The notes below the pieces were generated by a model that was not told the origin of the DNA, made no database searches, and saw nothing but the letters and a program-made list of their open reading frames with translations. A DNA stretch of 64,000 nt, taken from an uncultured Planctomycetales bacterium. Lineage in GTDB: Bacteria; Omnitrophota; Gorgyraeia; Zapsychrales; Fredricksoniimonadaceae. The stretch is taken from the NCBI GenBank assembly GCA_964572155.1, contig CAZNDZ010000001.1, forward strand, positions 1,082,732 through 1,146,731. The letters run 5' to 3'. This document shows positions 17,090-26,239 of this stretch, piece by piece. Each line of letters begins with the position of its first letter. Position 1 is the first letter of the stretch. Position numbers and translations under genes: made by a program.

Positions 17090-17239
17090 TCCCGCTGGCC
17101 ATAGCCTCCTGGCTTATGCGGTCAGGGGGCTTAATTGTTAGGGTTGGTAGCCATAAATAAGAAGGATGAATTTACTAGAATGAAAAAGGATGTGTTATCC
17201 GATTAAAATCAATGATTTATAGAACAAAGGAGTTGACAT

Positions 17240-17662
17240 ATGAAAGTCAAAGATATTATGACTCAAAATCCAATTTGTTGTGCTGCAGATACTACGATAA
17301 AAGAGGTTGCCAAGATGATGTTGGATCATGATTGTGGTGAAATCCCGGTAGTTGATAATAAAAAACGACCTATTGGCGTTATCACTGATCGAGATATTAT
17401 CTGTCGTATTTTGGCTAAAGGGGAAAATCCTTTACAAAAGCAAGTAAGTGAATGTATGAGCCAGCCCTGTATCACGATCACTCCTGAAACATCGATTGAA
17501 GTTTTATGTGATGTCCTGGAGGAAAATCAGATTCGACGTATCCCAGTTGTTAATGATCATGGGAGCTGCTGCGGTATTGTTTCTCAGGCGGACATCGCTA
17601 CGCATGATTTGAAAGAAGAACTTATTGAAGTGATGGAGATGGTTTCTCAGCCTTGTAAATGA
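17240..17662 (+). CDS. Tandem CBS-domain protein
   Basis: Two CBS repeats (VKDIMTQNP...IPVVDN and the second ...IRRIPVVNDHG). Good RBS (AAAGGAG). Confidence 0.8.
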   Translation: MKVKDIMTQNPICCAADTTIKEVAKMMLDHDCGEIPVVDNKKRPIGVITDRDIICRILAKGENPLQKQVSECMSQPCITITPETSIEVLCDVLEENQIRRIPVVNDHGSCCGIVSQADIATHDLKEELIEVMEMVSQPCK

Positions 17663-17722
17663 GAGGCTTAAATGTTGGATGTTGATTATTGCAAGTTGTC
17701 CAAATAAAGAAAGGAGAATGAT

Positions 17723-18199
17723 ATGCCTGCTCAACGTCTAAAAATATTCTTGGATCAAAACAATGTTGATTATAAGGTTATTAGACATTCGCCTGCTTTT
17801 ACAAGTCAGGGGACGGCACACGCTGCATTTGAATCAGGAAAAGAATTCGCCAAAACAGTTATGCTTAAGATCGACGAAGAATTGATTATGGTTGTTATAC
17901 AAACGGATCATAGGATTGATCTTGAATATCTTAGGCAAGAGTTGGGTGTGCGTAATATCAGGTTGGCAGCCGAAGAAGAATTTAAAGATTTATTTCCTGA
18001 TTGTGAACCTGGCGCTATGCCCCCCTTAGGTGAGCTTTATGATGTTGATGTATTTATTGATGAGTGTTTTGCGGAGAATGAAATGATTTCTTTTAATGCT
18101 GGCACGCACCATGAAATTATAAAGATGCGTTACAAGGATTTCATTGATGTTGCAAATGCTAAACCAGTGAGATTTATTCTTATGTTTGCCAGGGAGTAA
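17723..18199 (+). CDS. YbaK/ProX-family aminoacyl-tRNA deacylase domain protein
   Basis: 158 aa; the ...KTVMLKIDEE..., ...GAMPPLG..., ...ISFNAGTHHE... pattern is characteristic of YbaK/EbsC. Confidence 0.7.
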   Translation: MPAQRLKIFLDQNNVDYKVIRHSPAFTSQGTAHAAFESGKEFAKTVMLKIDEELIMVVIQTDHRIDLEYLRQELGVRNIRLAAEEEFKDLFPDCEPGAMPPLGELYDVDVFIDECFAENEMISFNAGTHHEIIKMRYKDFIDVANAKPVRFILMFARE

Positions 18200-18313
18200 A
18201 TGAGTAGGTGGTATTAGAGAAGATCTGCTATTGTGGCGTAAGTTTGATACTAGAAAAGTAGAATGGTGCGAAGAAAATAGTCAGCATTTTGAGAGAAATA
18301 CCAATAATTCTGA

Positions 18314-18592
18314 AAATATGGCTGCAGTTTAATTGCGCTCTGGACAATGAGCACGTTGTATCATTCCTTAAATGTTTTTAATAATGCTAATAAAACGTTG
18401 GAACAGGTTGATCATGCGATGATTTATTTATTGATTGCAGGTACCTATACGCCGTTGTGTTTGGTTGTTTTGTGTGGGGGATGGCTTGTTGTGATTACTT
18501 GGATGCCATTAACAAATGCTTTGTCTCATGGGGGAATTTTTTGGCTTGTCCTGGGTGTTTTTTATACGGTTCCCCGTGAGGGCTCAAAGTGA
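18314..18592 (+). pseudogene. Hemolysin-III (YqfA/PAQR) family gene remnant; interrupted upstream by an in-frame stop and truncated at the 3' end by repeat family B
   Basis: KYGCSLIALWTMSTLYHSL...VDHAMIYLLIAGTYTP matches the central helices of hemolysin III. An in-frame TGA lies at 18311 and no N-terminal ~70 aa are present. The frame terminates inside the repeat at 18568. Confidence 0.6.
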
Positions 18593-18612
18593 GCCCCGTT
18601 TATAAATCCGAC
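18568..18612. repeat. Repeat family B, copy 2 (CCCCGTGAGGGCTCAAAGTGAGCCCCGTTTATAAATCCGAC), followed by a GC-rich ~90-bp extension
   Basis: See copy 1. Contains a perfect GGCTCA-AAG-TGAGCC hairpin. Confidence 0.55.
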
Positions 18613-18781
18613 GAATGGGAGGATTTATGGGGCGAGGGTCTGACCCATAGCGACCTGGCTGCCGGCAGGCAGGAGCGAAGGGCGGCGAGCCCACATGGAT
18701 TTTCGCATGCCCAAAATCTCATTGACCGTAAATAACAACAAGAATAATATACGGTATCTAACTTGTAAAAAACTTAAGGAG

Positions 18782-19069
18782 ATGAAGATGTTAAAAGCGA
18801 TGCTAGTGGTATTCATGCTTTGTGTAACACCAAATGTTTTTGCTCAAGAAGAACAAGTGCAAACACCAGAACAAGCGGTCGAGTTATTTATGTTTAAGAG
18901 TGATCTAGAAAAACAATCTATTGTAATAGATTTAATAAGTGCTAAGAAAAAAGAGCAAGCAGGATATCTTTTAGAACAGTGGGAAAAAACTGCTCCTGAA
19001 GGAAAAGGACCCAGTGAATTTCTAAAATCTTATATTAAGGGTTTAATTAATGCTGCTGAAGTTAATTAA
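18782..19069 (+). CDS. Small secreted hypothetical protein (signal peptide MKMLKAMLVVFMLCVTPNVFA)
   Basis: AAGGAG RBS, a hydrophobic N-terminus ending AQ-EE, and a rho-independent terminator downstream. Confidence 0.45.
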   Translation: MKMLKAMLVVFMLCVTPNVFAQEEQVQTPEQAVELFMFKSDLEKQSIVIDLISAKKKEQAGYLLEQWEKTAPEGKGPSEFLKSYIKGLINAAEVN

Positions 19070-19142
19070 AGAACAACATTGAGATAAATTGAGTTCTAAC
19101 AATTCAAAGTTTTGTAGTTTTTATGTGGAATATAAATTAAAA

Positions 19143-19167
19143 AGGGGTCGCTTTTGCGATCCCTTTT
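19143..19167 (+). terminator. Rho-independent terminator-like hairpin (GGGGTCGC-TTT-GCGATCCC) followed by a T-run
   Basis: Read directly; sits after the 18782 ORF. Confidence 0.45.
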
Positions 19168-19293
19168 ATATTTGTTTAACTAATTATATGAAAATTAAGA
19201 ATTAGCTGTTTTTTAAAACATTGCTGCGTGTTTTGTCTTAGTATATACTTATCCAATCAACGTAATTCTTAAAACTAAATTTTGGAGAAATTC

Positions 19294-19905
19294 ATGAAAA
19301 AATTATTGGCTGTTGCATGTGCGTCGCTATGGTTGATGGGGTGTAGTATGGGTACGCTCAATAAGGTGCAATGTCAGAATGCGGATTGGTATACGTTCGG
19401 TTTAGCGGATGGTTCCAACGGCGGTGGGCTTTCGAATATGCAAGGCTATCAAATGGCATGTTCAAAATATGGCGTTAGGATTGATCCAGATATGTATACA
19501 AAGGGGCATGAAAAAGGAATTAGGAGTTACTGTACGCCATCACGAGGATTTGAATCAGGCAAGTCCGGTGTTCAATATCAAGGCGTTTGTCCTCCTGACC
19601 TAGAAGGGCCTTTCTTGGAAGCTTTTGCCAGAGGAAGTGAATTGCACGCTAAGATTACTGATCTTAATAATATTTCAGCTCAAATTGAAAATCACGAGAG
19701 ACAAATCGATGCTCTTGAAGCAAAAAAACGCAAGTTAATTAGCGACAAGAATCCAGAAATGGATAGGGCGACCTTGGTGCGTGAAAGCGATGCGATCCAT
19801 GATAAGGTTGATGATCTTGAGAATAAGATTCGAAGGCTTAAAAAGATTAGAAGAGAAAAAGAAGAGCAATATGGTATTCACGAAGGGTCTTATGCAGATT
19901 ATTAA
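19294..19905 (+). CDS. Lipoprotein (lipobox LMGCS) with an N-terminal Cys-rich DUF2799-like domain and a C-terminal coiled-coil
   Basis: ATG at 19294 has the better RBS (the track ORF starts at TTG 19282). Signal peptide plus LMGC lipobox. Domain motif NADWYTFGLADGSNG...YCTP. Confidence 0.55.
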   Translation: MKKLLAVACASLWLMGCSMGTLNKVQCQNADWYTFGLADGSNGGGLSNMQGYQMACSKYGVRIDPDMYTKGHEKGIRSYCTPSRGFESGKSGVQYQGVCPPDLEGPFLEAFARGSELHAKITDLNNISAQIENHERQIDALEAKKRKLISDKNPEMDRATLVRESDAIHDKVDDLENKIRRLKKIRREKEEQYGIHEGSYADY

Positions 19906-19935
19906 AAAAAATGACAAAAAGTGACTTAAAGACAG

Positions 19936-20157
19936 TTGCTGCAAATGTCTTTATGCAAACAGATGGCTAATATTGGTAGTGAAGTTGAGCGTGCGTTAAA
20001 TTGGCAGGAAAGAAATAACGTTGAGTATAGTCAGAAAGCATTTGATCGGGCGCTTGATTTAATTGGTATTACAATGTCTGGTTTAACAGGCGAAAGTATT
20101 TTATGCATTTCGCATACGCTGCTCGCAAATCCTATTAATCCTCTTATATTTTATTAG
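19936..20157 (+). CDS. Small hypothetical protein (73 aa)
   Basis: ORF only; no supporting features. Confidence 0.25.
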   Translation: MLQMSLCKQMANIGSEVERALNWQERNNVEYSQKAFDRALDLIGITMSGLTGESILCISHTLLANPINPLIFY

Positions 20158-20177
20158 CTAAGTTTTAAAGGAGAGCT

Positions 20178-20408
20178 ATGCATATTTTTATTGGCAATTT
20201 ATCGTTTGCTGCAAAAGAAGAAGATGTTCAAAACCTTTTCGAACAATTTGGTGAGGTTGAATCCGTGAATATCAAGAAGAAAGCCAAAGGCCATGCATTT
20301 GTGGTTATGCCCAATGCGGACGAAGGACATGAGGCGATTGCGGCGTTAAAGGGTCAAATGTTTATGGGTCGTCCCATTGATATCGGCATCCGTGAATTTA
20401 AAAGATAA
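20178..20408 (+). CDS. RNA-recognition-motif (RRM) RNA-binding protein
   Basis: RNP-2 (IFIGNL) and RNP-1 (KGHAFVVM) boxes at canonical spacing. AAAGGAGAG RBS. Confidence 0.75.
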   Translation: MHIFIGNLSFAAKEEDVQNLFEQFGEVESVNIKKKAKGHAFVVMPNADEGHEAIAALKGQMFMGRPIDIGIREFKR

Positions 20409-20410
20409 AT

Positions 20411-21817
20411 ATGAAAATAACTTTCTTAGGCGCTGCACAAAATGTCACTGGTTCAAAGTTCTATGTAGAACATGGACGTTTTACGCTACTTGTTGATGCA
20501 GGTTTGTATCAAGAGCGGGATCTTGTGCATCGCAATTGGGAAAATTTTCCAATACAGCCTTCGAAGATACAGGTTATCCTGTTAACCCACGCCCATATCG
20601 ACCATTGCGGTTATTTGCCTAAGCTTGTTAAAGAAGGATTCAAAGGTAAGATCTATTGCACAGCTCCAACGAAAGAGATAACAAAAATTGCCTTGCTTGA
20701 TTCTGCGCGGGTGCAAGAAGAGGATGCGGCTTATAAGTTGCGGCGACATAAAAAAGAAGGTCGCAAGGGGCCTTATCCGGAAATTCCCTTATATACACAA
20801 GATGATGCCCGAGCTGTTTTCCCATATTTACGTAAGATAGATTTTCAGAAACCCATTGGTCTTTCTAATGACCTGACAGCAACATATTTTGAGGCAGGGC
20901 ATATTTTAGGTTCTGCCATGATTGAATTAAGAGCTAAAACTGGCGGGCAGGAGTTTGTTTATATTTTCTCTGGAGATGTTGGCCGCTTTGATAAACCCTT
21001 GCTCAATGATCCTCATATTTTTGAAAAAGCTGATTATGTGGTGATGGAGGGCACATACGGCAACAGGGTGCATGATGATGGGAAAGTTTGTTTAGAAAAA
21101 TTAGCAGACATCATCAATGTCACGGCAAAGCGCGGTGGCAAGATTATCATCCCAGCTTTTGCGATCAATAGAACGCAAGAGATCATGTTTTATTTAGACC
21201 AGCTTCTAGATCAAAAGCGTATTCCTAAATTGCCGTTGTATGTAGACAGTCCTATGGCCGCTGATGTCACAGAAGTTTATGAGATGTATCCCAATGATTT
21301 TGATGAAGAATCAAGGAAGATCCTGCAAGAAGAACGATCTCTTTTTCATTATCCGCTGTTAAACATGACTAAAAATCCTGAAGAATCTAAAGCCATTAAT
21401 AAGCTGCAAGGTCCTGCCATCATCGTTGCTGGTTCAGGGATGTGCACAGGTGGCCGTATCAAACATCATTTGTTTCACCAATTGCCTAAGCCAGAAAATA
21501 CCATTTTGTTTATGGGTTATCAAGCTGCAGGAACGTTAGGACGCATCTTAATCGATAAACCTAAAGAGGTACGTATTTTAGGTCAAATAATTCCTGTCCT
21601 AGCACAAATTGAAAAAATCAACGGCTTCTCCGCTCATGCGGATCAACAAGAATTAATCCGATGGGTAGAGCCGATGTCAAAGCAATTAAAGAAAATTTTT
21701 ATCGTTCACGCCGAAAAAAATACCGCTGATGAGTTTGCTCAAGTTCTTGCGAACAAACTTCATAAAGATGTCGATATTCCGCAGTATGGTGATGTTTTTG
21801 ACAGTATCAATAATTGA
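20411..21817 (+). CDS. Metallo-beta-lactamase / beta-CASP family RNA-metabolising hydrolase
   Basis: HAHIDHCGY (HxHxDH) motif. A beta-CASP-like middle region and a C-terminal RMMBL-like region with a conserved His. Confidence 0.8.
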   Translation: MKITFLGAAQNVTGSKFYVEHGRFTLLVDAGLYQERDLVHRNWENFPIQPSKIQVILLTHAHIDHCGYLPKLVKEGFKGKIYCTAPTKEITKIALLDSARVQEEDAAYKLRRHKKEGRKGPYPEIPLYTQDDARAVFPYLRKIDFQKPIGLSNDLTATYFEAGHILGSAMIELRAKTGGQEFVYIFSGDVGRFDKPLLNDPHIFEKADYVVMEGTYGNRVHDDGKVCLEKLADIINVTAKRGGKIIIPAFAINRTQEIMFYLDQLLDQKRIPKLPLYVDSPMAADVTEVYEMYPNDFDEESRKILQEERSLFHYPLLNMTKNPEESKAINKLQGPAIIVAGSGMCTGGRIKHHLFHQLPKPENTILFMGYQAAGTLGRILIDKPKEVRILGQIIPVLAQIEKINGFSAHADQQELIRWVEPMSKQLKKIFIVHAEKNTADEFAQVLANKLHKDVDIPQYGDVFDSINN

Positions 21818-21846
21818 TTTTGTTTTTTAAATTTAGAGGGAATGTC

Positions 21847-23145
21847 ATGAAAGTTGGTGTTTGGACAATCTTTTTGTTTATGTGCGCCTTGTCGCAGGCA
21901 TGGGCTGGGGAAAAGGTAGAGCATTTACATTGGGACACAAAGATTGGTGGGGAAGAGCGGTTTCGCTATGAGTATAGAAAAGATTTTGATTATAATAAAA
22001 GCAAGAAAGATACAGGCAGTCTCATTTTCAATCGTCTTAAGATTAACGCACAATTTACACTAAGTGATCAATACTTAAATGAGAAGCTGCAAATTTTTGT
22101 AGAAGCTTTAGATGGGCAAACGGGGGGGCATCGTATTAAAGCTCAGGCTAATCAAAATGATGATTTTGATTTGCATCAAGCGTATGTGAATCTGATAAAA
22201 GTTGGTGGTTCTGATGTTGATCTTAAAGTTGGTCGACAGGAATTAAAATATGGAAAAGGCCGTTTGATGGTTGCTCCTTCGTGGTCAAACCGCATGCGTG
22301 CCATGGATGCTGGGATTATCCATTATCATCATCAAGGATTATATGCGGATGGCATATTTGCACAGGACATGAAATATGATGATAAGAAATTTAATCAATC
22401 TCGTAATGAGGAGTCGATTTTTGGTTTTTATGGAGGGTATCAAGCCACAAAGGTTGCGCCATTATTGGAAATATATTTCTTAAAGATGGTCGATATCAAA
22501 GGTAATAATGATAATCATCGTTATACACTAGGCGGGCGTTTGCAAACCATCTTATCCCCAGGGCTTATCGCGGAAATTGAAGTGCCTGTTCAGTTTGGTA
22601 AAACAGGAACATTATCAGGTGGTGCTAAGACGATTAAGGCTTGGGCTTTTCATATGGATGTGGTTAAGAGCAATGATGAGGTTAAGTGGAAACCTAAATT
22701 TTCCTTATCGTATGACCAAGCATCTGGGGATAGGGATCCTAATGATAGCATCTCAAATACGTTCACACCTTTATATCAAGGAACGCATGAGTCTTATGGG
22801 ATTATCGATTTATTTCGCTGGCAAAATATTCGTAATCCAGAATTCAGCATGACATTTTCTCCAACAGACAAGTTTCGGTTTACCCCGCAACTTGATTTGT
22901 TCTGGCTAGATAGTAAGTCAGATTCATGGTATAGCTCGTCAGGCAGTGTGACGCGCACTAAAACTAGTGGTGATCGCAACCTTTATTTAGGGAGTGAAGC
23001 TTCGGTGCGTTTTTATTATGATGTTACCAAAAATATAAAATTAGAGACGGGATACGCGCATTTCTTTACTGGTGGATATATCAAAGATACTGGCGCAGAT
23101 GATGATATCAATTGGCTATATTCTCAATTAACATTTAAGTTTTAA
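21847..23145 (+). CDS. Outer-membrane beta-barrel, alginate-export (AlgE-like) family porin, paralogue 1
   Basis: Signal peptide ...ALSQAWA. Motifs RFRYEYR, VGRQELKYGKGRL and a C-terminal aromatic (…TFKF) are typical of the Alginate_exp family. GAGGG RBS before the ATG at 21847. Confidence 0.7.
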   Translation: MKVGVWTIFLFMCALSQAWAGEKVEHLHWDTKIGGEERFRYEYRKDFDYNKSKKDTGSLIFNRLKINAQFTLSDQYLNEKLQIFVEALDGQTGGHRIKAQANQNDDFDLHQAYVNLIKVGGSDVDLKVGRQELKYGKGRLMVAPSWSNRMRAMDAGIIHYHHQGLYADGIFAQDMKYDDKKFNQSRNEESIFGFYGGYQATKVAPLLEIYFLKMVDIKGNNDNHRYTLGGRLQTILSPGLIAEIEVPVQFGKTGTLSGGAKTIKAWAFHMDVVKSNDEVKWKPKFSLSYDQASGDRDPNDSISNTFTPLYQGTHESYGIIDLFRWQNIRNPEFSMTFSPTDKFRFTPQLDLFWLDSKSDSWYSSSGSVTRTKTSGDRNLYLGSEASVRFYYDVTKNIKLETGYAHFFTGGYIKDTGADDDINWLYSQLTFKF

Positions 23146-23146
23146 A

Positions 23147-23905
23147 GTGTCGGCTATGTTCAGAAAATATGTTTATTTTGGAGTTGTGTTATGTTTGATG
23201 CCTTTAACAGTGCAAGCGGAGCAAGTAACGGTTGCCGCTGCAGCTAATGTTCAATTTACTTTAGAGGAATTAAAAGCGGCTTTTATAAAAGAGACAGGAG
23301 TCGATGTTAAGTCGGTGATTGGTTCATCAGGAAAATTAACGACTCAAATCGGAAATGGTGCACCGTATGATGTGTTTATGTCGGCCGACGAAGATTATCC
23401 GAAACGTTTGCATGCCGATGGCTTGACTCTTGAGGCGCCACGCGTTTATGCCTATGGGGCATTGGTTTTGTGGACGCTAAAAGGTGTTGATTTATCCAAA
23501 GGTGTAGCAGGTTTGAATGATCGGTCTGTTTTAAAAGTAGCCATTGCGTCTCCCAAGGCGGCACCGTATGGTCGGCAAGCGGTTAATGCCATGAAATATT
23601 TTCATCATCCGTTGATCACTTCAAAATTGGTTTATGGAGAAAGCATTGCGCAGACAAATCAATTTATCCTAACACAAGCGGCAGATGTTGGTTTTACAGC
23701 GAAATCTATTGTATTAGCAGCGAATATGAAAGATAAGGGAACATGGGTTGAAGTTGATCCAAAAGCATACGAACCAATTGCACAAGCAGTGGTTTTATTA
23801 AAGCATTCAAAACAAGAAAACGCGGCAGCAAAAAAATTTTACGAATTTTTATTTAGTCCAACAGCTAAAGATATCTTCAAGAAATACGGTTACACATTGC
23901 CATGA
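23147..23905 (+). CDS. modA: Molybdate/tungstate ABC transporter periplasmic binding protein
   Basis: Signal peptide; ModA-like motifs (AAANVQF, GSSGKL, DVFMSAD, SPKAAPYGRQA). Confidence 0.8.
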   Translation: MSAMFRKYVYFGVVLCLMPLTVQAEQVTVAAAANVQFTLEELKAAFIKETGVDVKSVIGSSGKLTTQIGNGAPYDVFMSADEDYPKRLHADGLTLEAPRVYAYGALVLWTLKGVDLSKGVAGLNDRSVLKVAIASPKAAPYGRQAVNAMKYFHHPLITSKLVYGESIAQTNQFILTQAADVGFTAKSIVLAANMKDKGTWVEVDPKAYEPIAQAVVLLKHSKQENAAAKKFYEFLFSPTAKDIFKKYGYTLP

Positions 23906-24573
23906 TGTCACATGATTTAACGCCATTGTTATTAACCTTTAAGCTAGCGACAGTCACAACCTTGATCTTAATGGTCATTGGGGTTCCGCTGGCATGGTGG
24001 ATTGTCTTTTCCAAAAGCAGGTGGCGTTATGTGGTTGAAACATTGGTCACTATGCCATTGGTGTTGCCTCCGACGGTCTTAGGGTTTTACTTATTAGTGT
24101 TGTTGGGGCCGGCTTCACCCATGGGCATGTTCTTACAAAATGTTTTTGATGTGCGCATGGTTTTCACCTTCGCGGGGCTTGTGACGGGCTCAGTGATTTT
24201 TAGTCTACCTTTTATGGTCAACCCCATCAAAGCAGGTTTCGAATCCATCCCAACGTCCTTGATTGAAGCCGCCTACACCTTGGGCAAAAGTCGATGGACG
24301 ATATTAAAAAGTGTATTACTGCCCAATATTAAACCAGCATTATTGACCGGCATCGTCATGTCGTTTATCCATACCGTCGGTGAATTTGGTGTGGTCTTAA
24401 TGATAGGCGGGAACATCCCAGGTCAAACACGTTTGGTTTCAATGGCGATCTTTGAAGAAGTAGAAGCGTTAAACTTCGATGCGGCAAATTTCTATGCGAT
24501 CATTATGGTTGTTGTTTCATTTGTAATATTATTCATGTTTTATCTATTTAATCGAAGGGTCAAAATCTTTTAA
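23902..24573 (+). CDS. modB: Molybdate ABC transporter permease
   Basis: ABC transmembrane domain with an EAA-like loop (IEAAYTLGKSRWTILKSVLLP); overlaps the modA stop. Confidence 0.8.
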   Translation: MMSHDLTPLLLTFKLATVTTLILMVIGVPLAWWIVFSKSRWRYVVETLVTMPLVLPPTVLGFYLLVLLGPASPMGMFLQNVFDVRMVFTFAGLVTGSVIFSLPFMVNPIKAGFESIPTSLIEAAYTLGKSRWTILKSVLLPNIKPALLTGIVMSFIHTVGEFGVVLMIGGNIPGQTRLVSMAIFEEVEALNFDAANFYAIIMVVVSFVILFMFYLFNRRVKIF

Positions 24574-24574
24574 T

Positions 24575-25237
24575 ATGATCGATGCTCATTTTAAAAAACA
24601 CATCACAACAGGCAACGGCAATGTTGTATTGGATATTCAATTGTCAGTCAATAAGGGTGAATTCTTAGCCTTGTTTGGTGCTTCGGGGGCGGGCAAGTCG
24701 ACGATCCTGCGTATTATAGCGGGATTAACTCAACCCGATGAAGGGTGCATTAAGGTGGATGATATTTCTTGGTTCGACAGCAAGGCCAAACAGAATATTG
24801 AACCACAGCATCGAAGCGTTGGTTTTGTGTTTCAAGAGTATAATTTATTTCCGCATATGACTCTGCGAGAAAATTTGCAGTTTGCCTTAGATAAACTTGA
24901 CGAGGCATTGATTGATGAATATTTGAATATGGCTGGACTTGTTGCCGTACAACAATTTAAGCCCGCCATGTTATCGGGGGGTCAGAAACAGAGGGCTGCA
25001 TTCATGCGCGCGCTGATCCGAAAGCCAAAAGTTTTATTGTTAGATGAACCATTTTCTGCACTGGATTTACCCATACGCCATGCGCTTCAAGATGAAATGC
25101 TCAAATTTCATGAACGATTCCAAATCCCAACGATCCTAGTAACACATGATGTTGCGGATGTAAAACGCCTTGCTAAAAAGGTTTTGATCTTGCAAGAGGG
25201 AACATTAAAGCACGCAGATAAAATTAATTGTTTTTGA
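24575..25237 (+). CDS. modC: ABC transporter ATP-binding protein of the molybdate system; short form lacking a C-terminal TOBE/Mop domain
   Basis: Walker A (GASGAGKST), signature (LSGGQKQRAAF), Walker B (LLLDEPFSALD). Only 220 aa. Confidence 0.75.
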   Translation: MIDAHFKKHITTGNGNVVLDIQLSVNKGEFLALFGASGAGKSTILRIIAGLTQPDEGCIKVDDISWFDSKAKQNIEPQHRSVGFVFQEYNLFPHMTLRENLQFALDKLDEALIDEYLNMAGLVAVQQFKPAMLSGGQKQRAAFMRALIRKPKVLLLDEPFSALDLPIRHALQDEMLKFHERFQIPTILVTHDVADVKRLAKKVLILQEGTLKHADKINCF

Positions 25238-25320
25238 CTTGTTATTTACATCTAAGTTCTTTATGATTGTATGTATTCATTTATTCCTTTGAACAATCAA
25301 TAAATAAGTAGGCGTTAGAC

Positions 25321-25674
25321 ATGATTGAATATATCGCAGTCATTTTTGCTTTTATTTTTGCTATTGGTTTGTCCGCGTTGTTGTTGTGGATTCCAACAGT
25401 TTTGGCTCCCAAGCATCCTAGTGAGATTAAGTCGAGTATCTTTGAATGTGGGCTTAAGCCGTTTTCATCCCCAGGCGATCAAATGCCGGTGCATTTTTAT
25501 ATTGTGGCCATGTTGTTTATCATCTTCGACGTGGAAATGGTTTTTTTATTTCCATGGGCAGTTAATTTTAGAGATTTAGGTATTTTTGGTTTGGTTGAGA
25601 TGGGATTGTTCTTGGCTTTTGTGGTTTTGGGTTATGCGTACGTGATCAAGAAAAAAGCCTTGGAATGGGAGTAA
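25321..25674 (+). CDS. nuoA: NADH-quinone oxidoreductase subunit A
   Basis: Three TM helices and the conserved motif FDVEMVFLFPWA. Confidence 0.85.
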   Translation: MIEYIAVIFAFIFAIGLSALLLWIPTVLAPKHPSEIKSSIFECGLKPFSSPGDQMPVHFYIVAMLFIIFDVEMVFLFPWAVNFRDLGIFGLVEMGLFLAFVVLGYAYVIKKKALEWE

Positions 25675-25677
25675 TCA

Positions 25678-26238
25678 ATGTCAGAGTTTAAATCTTCAGC
25701 AAATTTCTTTACGTCAAATATGGATGCCGCCTTAGGGTGGGCCCGCAAGTTTTCTATTTTTCAATACCCATTCGTTACCGCTTGTTGCGGGATGGAATAT
25801 ATGTCAACCGCGTCAGGGCATTATGACATTGACCGTTTTGGTGCAGGTTTCCCACGTTTTTCCCCACGTCAATCAGACGTGTTATTTGTCGTCGGTACGA
25901 TTAGCCATAAAATGGCCCCAGTTTTAAAAATGGTTCACGATCAAATGTGCGAACCAAAATGGGTTGTGGCTTTTGGTGTTTGTACCTGCACGGGTGGTTT
26001 TTATGATAATTATTCAACGGTCATGGGCATTGATACGATTATCCCTGTTGATATTTATATCCCAGGTTGCCCACCAAGACCAGAAAACGTCATTGATGGT
26101 TTAATGAAATTACAAGAAAAGATTCAAAAGGGTGAGCAGTCACGTACCCTCTATGATCCTACGACAAAAATTGGCCGTCCAGATCATGTTCAAACCCCAT
26201 ATTCGATTCAACAACATATTAAACATATAGAATCTTAA
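25678..26238 (+). CDS. nuoB: NADH-quinone oxidoreductase subunit B
   Basis: N2-cluster Cys pattern (ACCGMEY...GVCTCTGG...PGCPP). Confidence 0.9.
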   Translation: MSEFKSSANFFTSNMDAALGWARKFSIFQYPFVTACCGMEYMSTASGHYDIDRFGAGFPRFSPRQSDVLFVVGTISHKMAPVLKMVHDQMCEPKWVVAFGVCTCTGGFYDNYSTVMGIDTIIPVDIYIPGCPPRPENVIDGLMKLQEKIQKGEQSRTLYDPTTKIGRPDHVQTPYSIQQHIKHIES

Positions 26239-26239
26239 G

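Noticed and set aside
23147-23160. Looked for a Moco riboswitch upstream of modA or moaA
   Set aside because: modA starts 1 nt after the porin stop and moaA overlaps sufU. There is no leader in which a riboswitch could fit.
25325-25579. 84-aa ORF overlapping nuoA in another frame
   Set aside because: nuoA in the other frame is well conserved. This ORF is an alternative-frame artefact.
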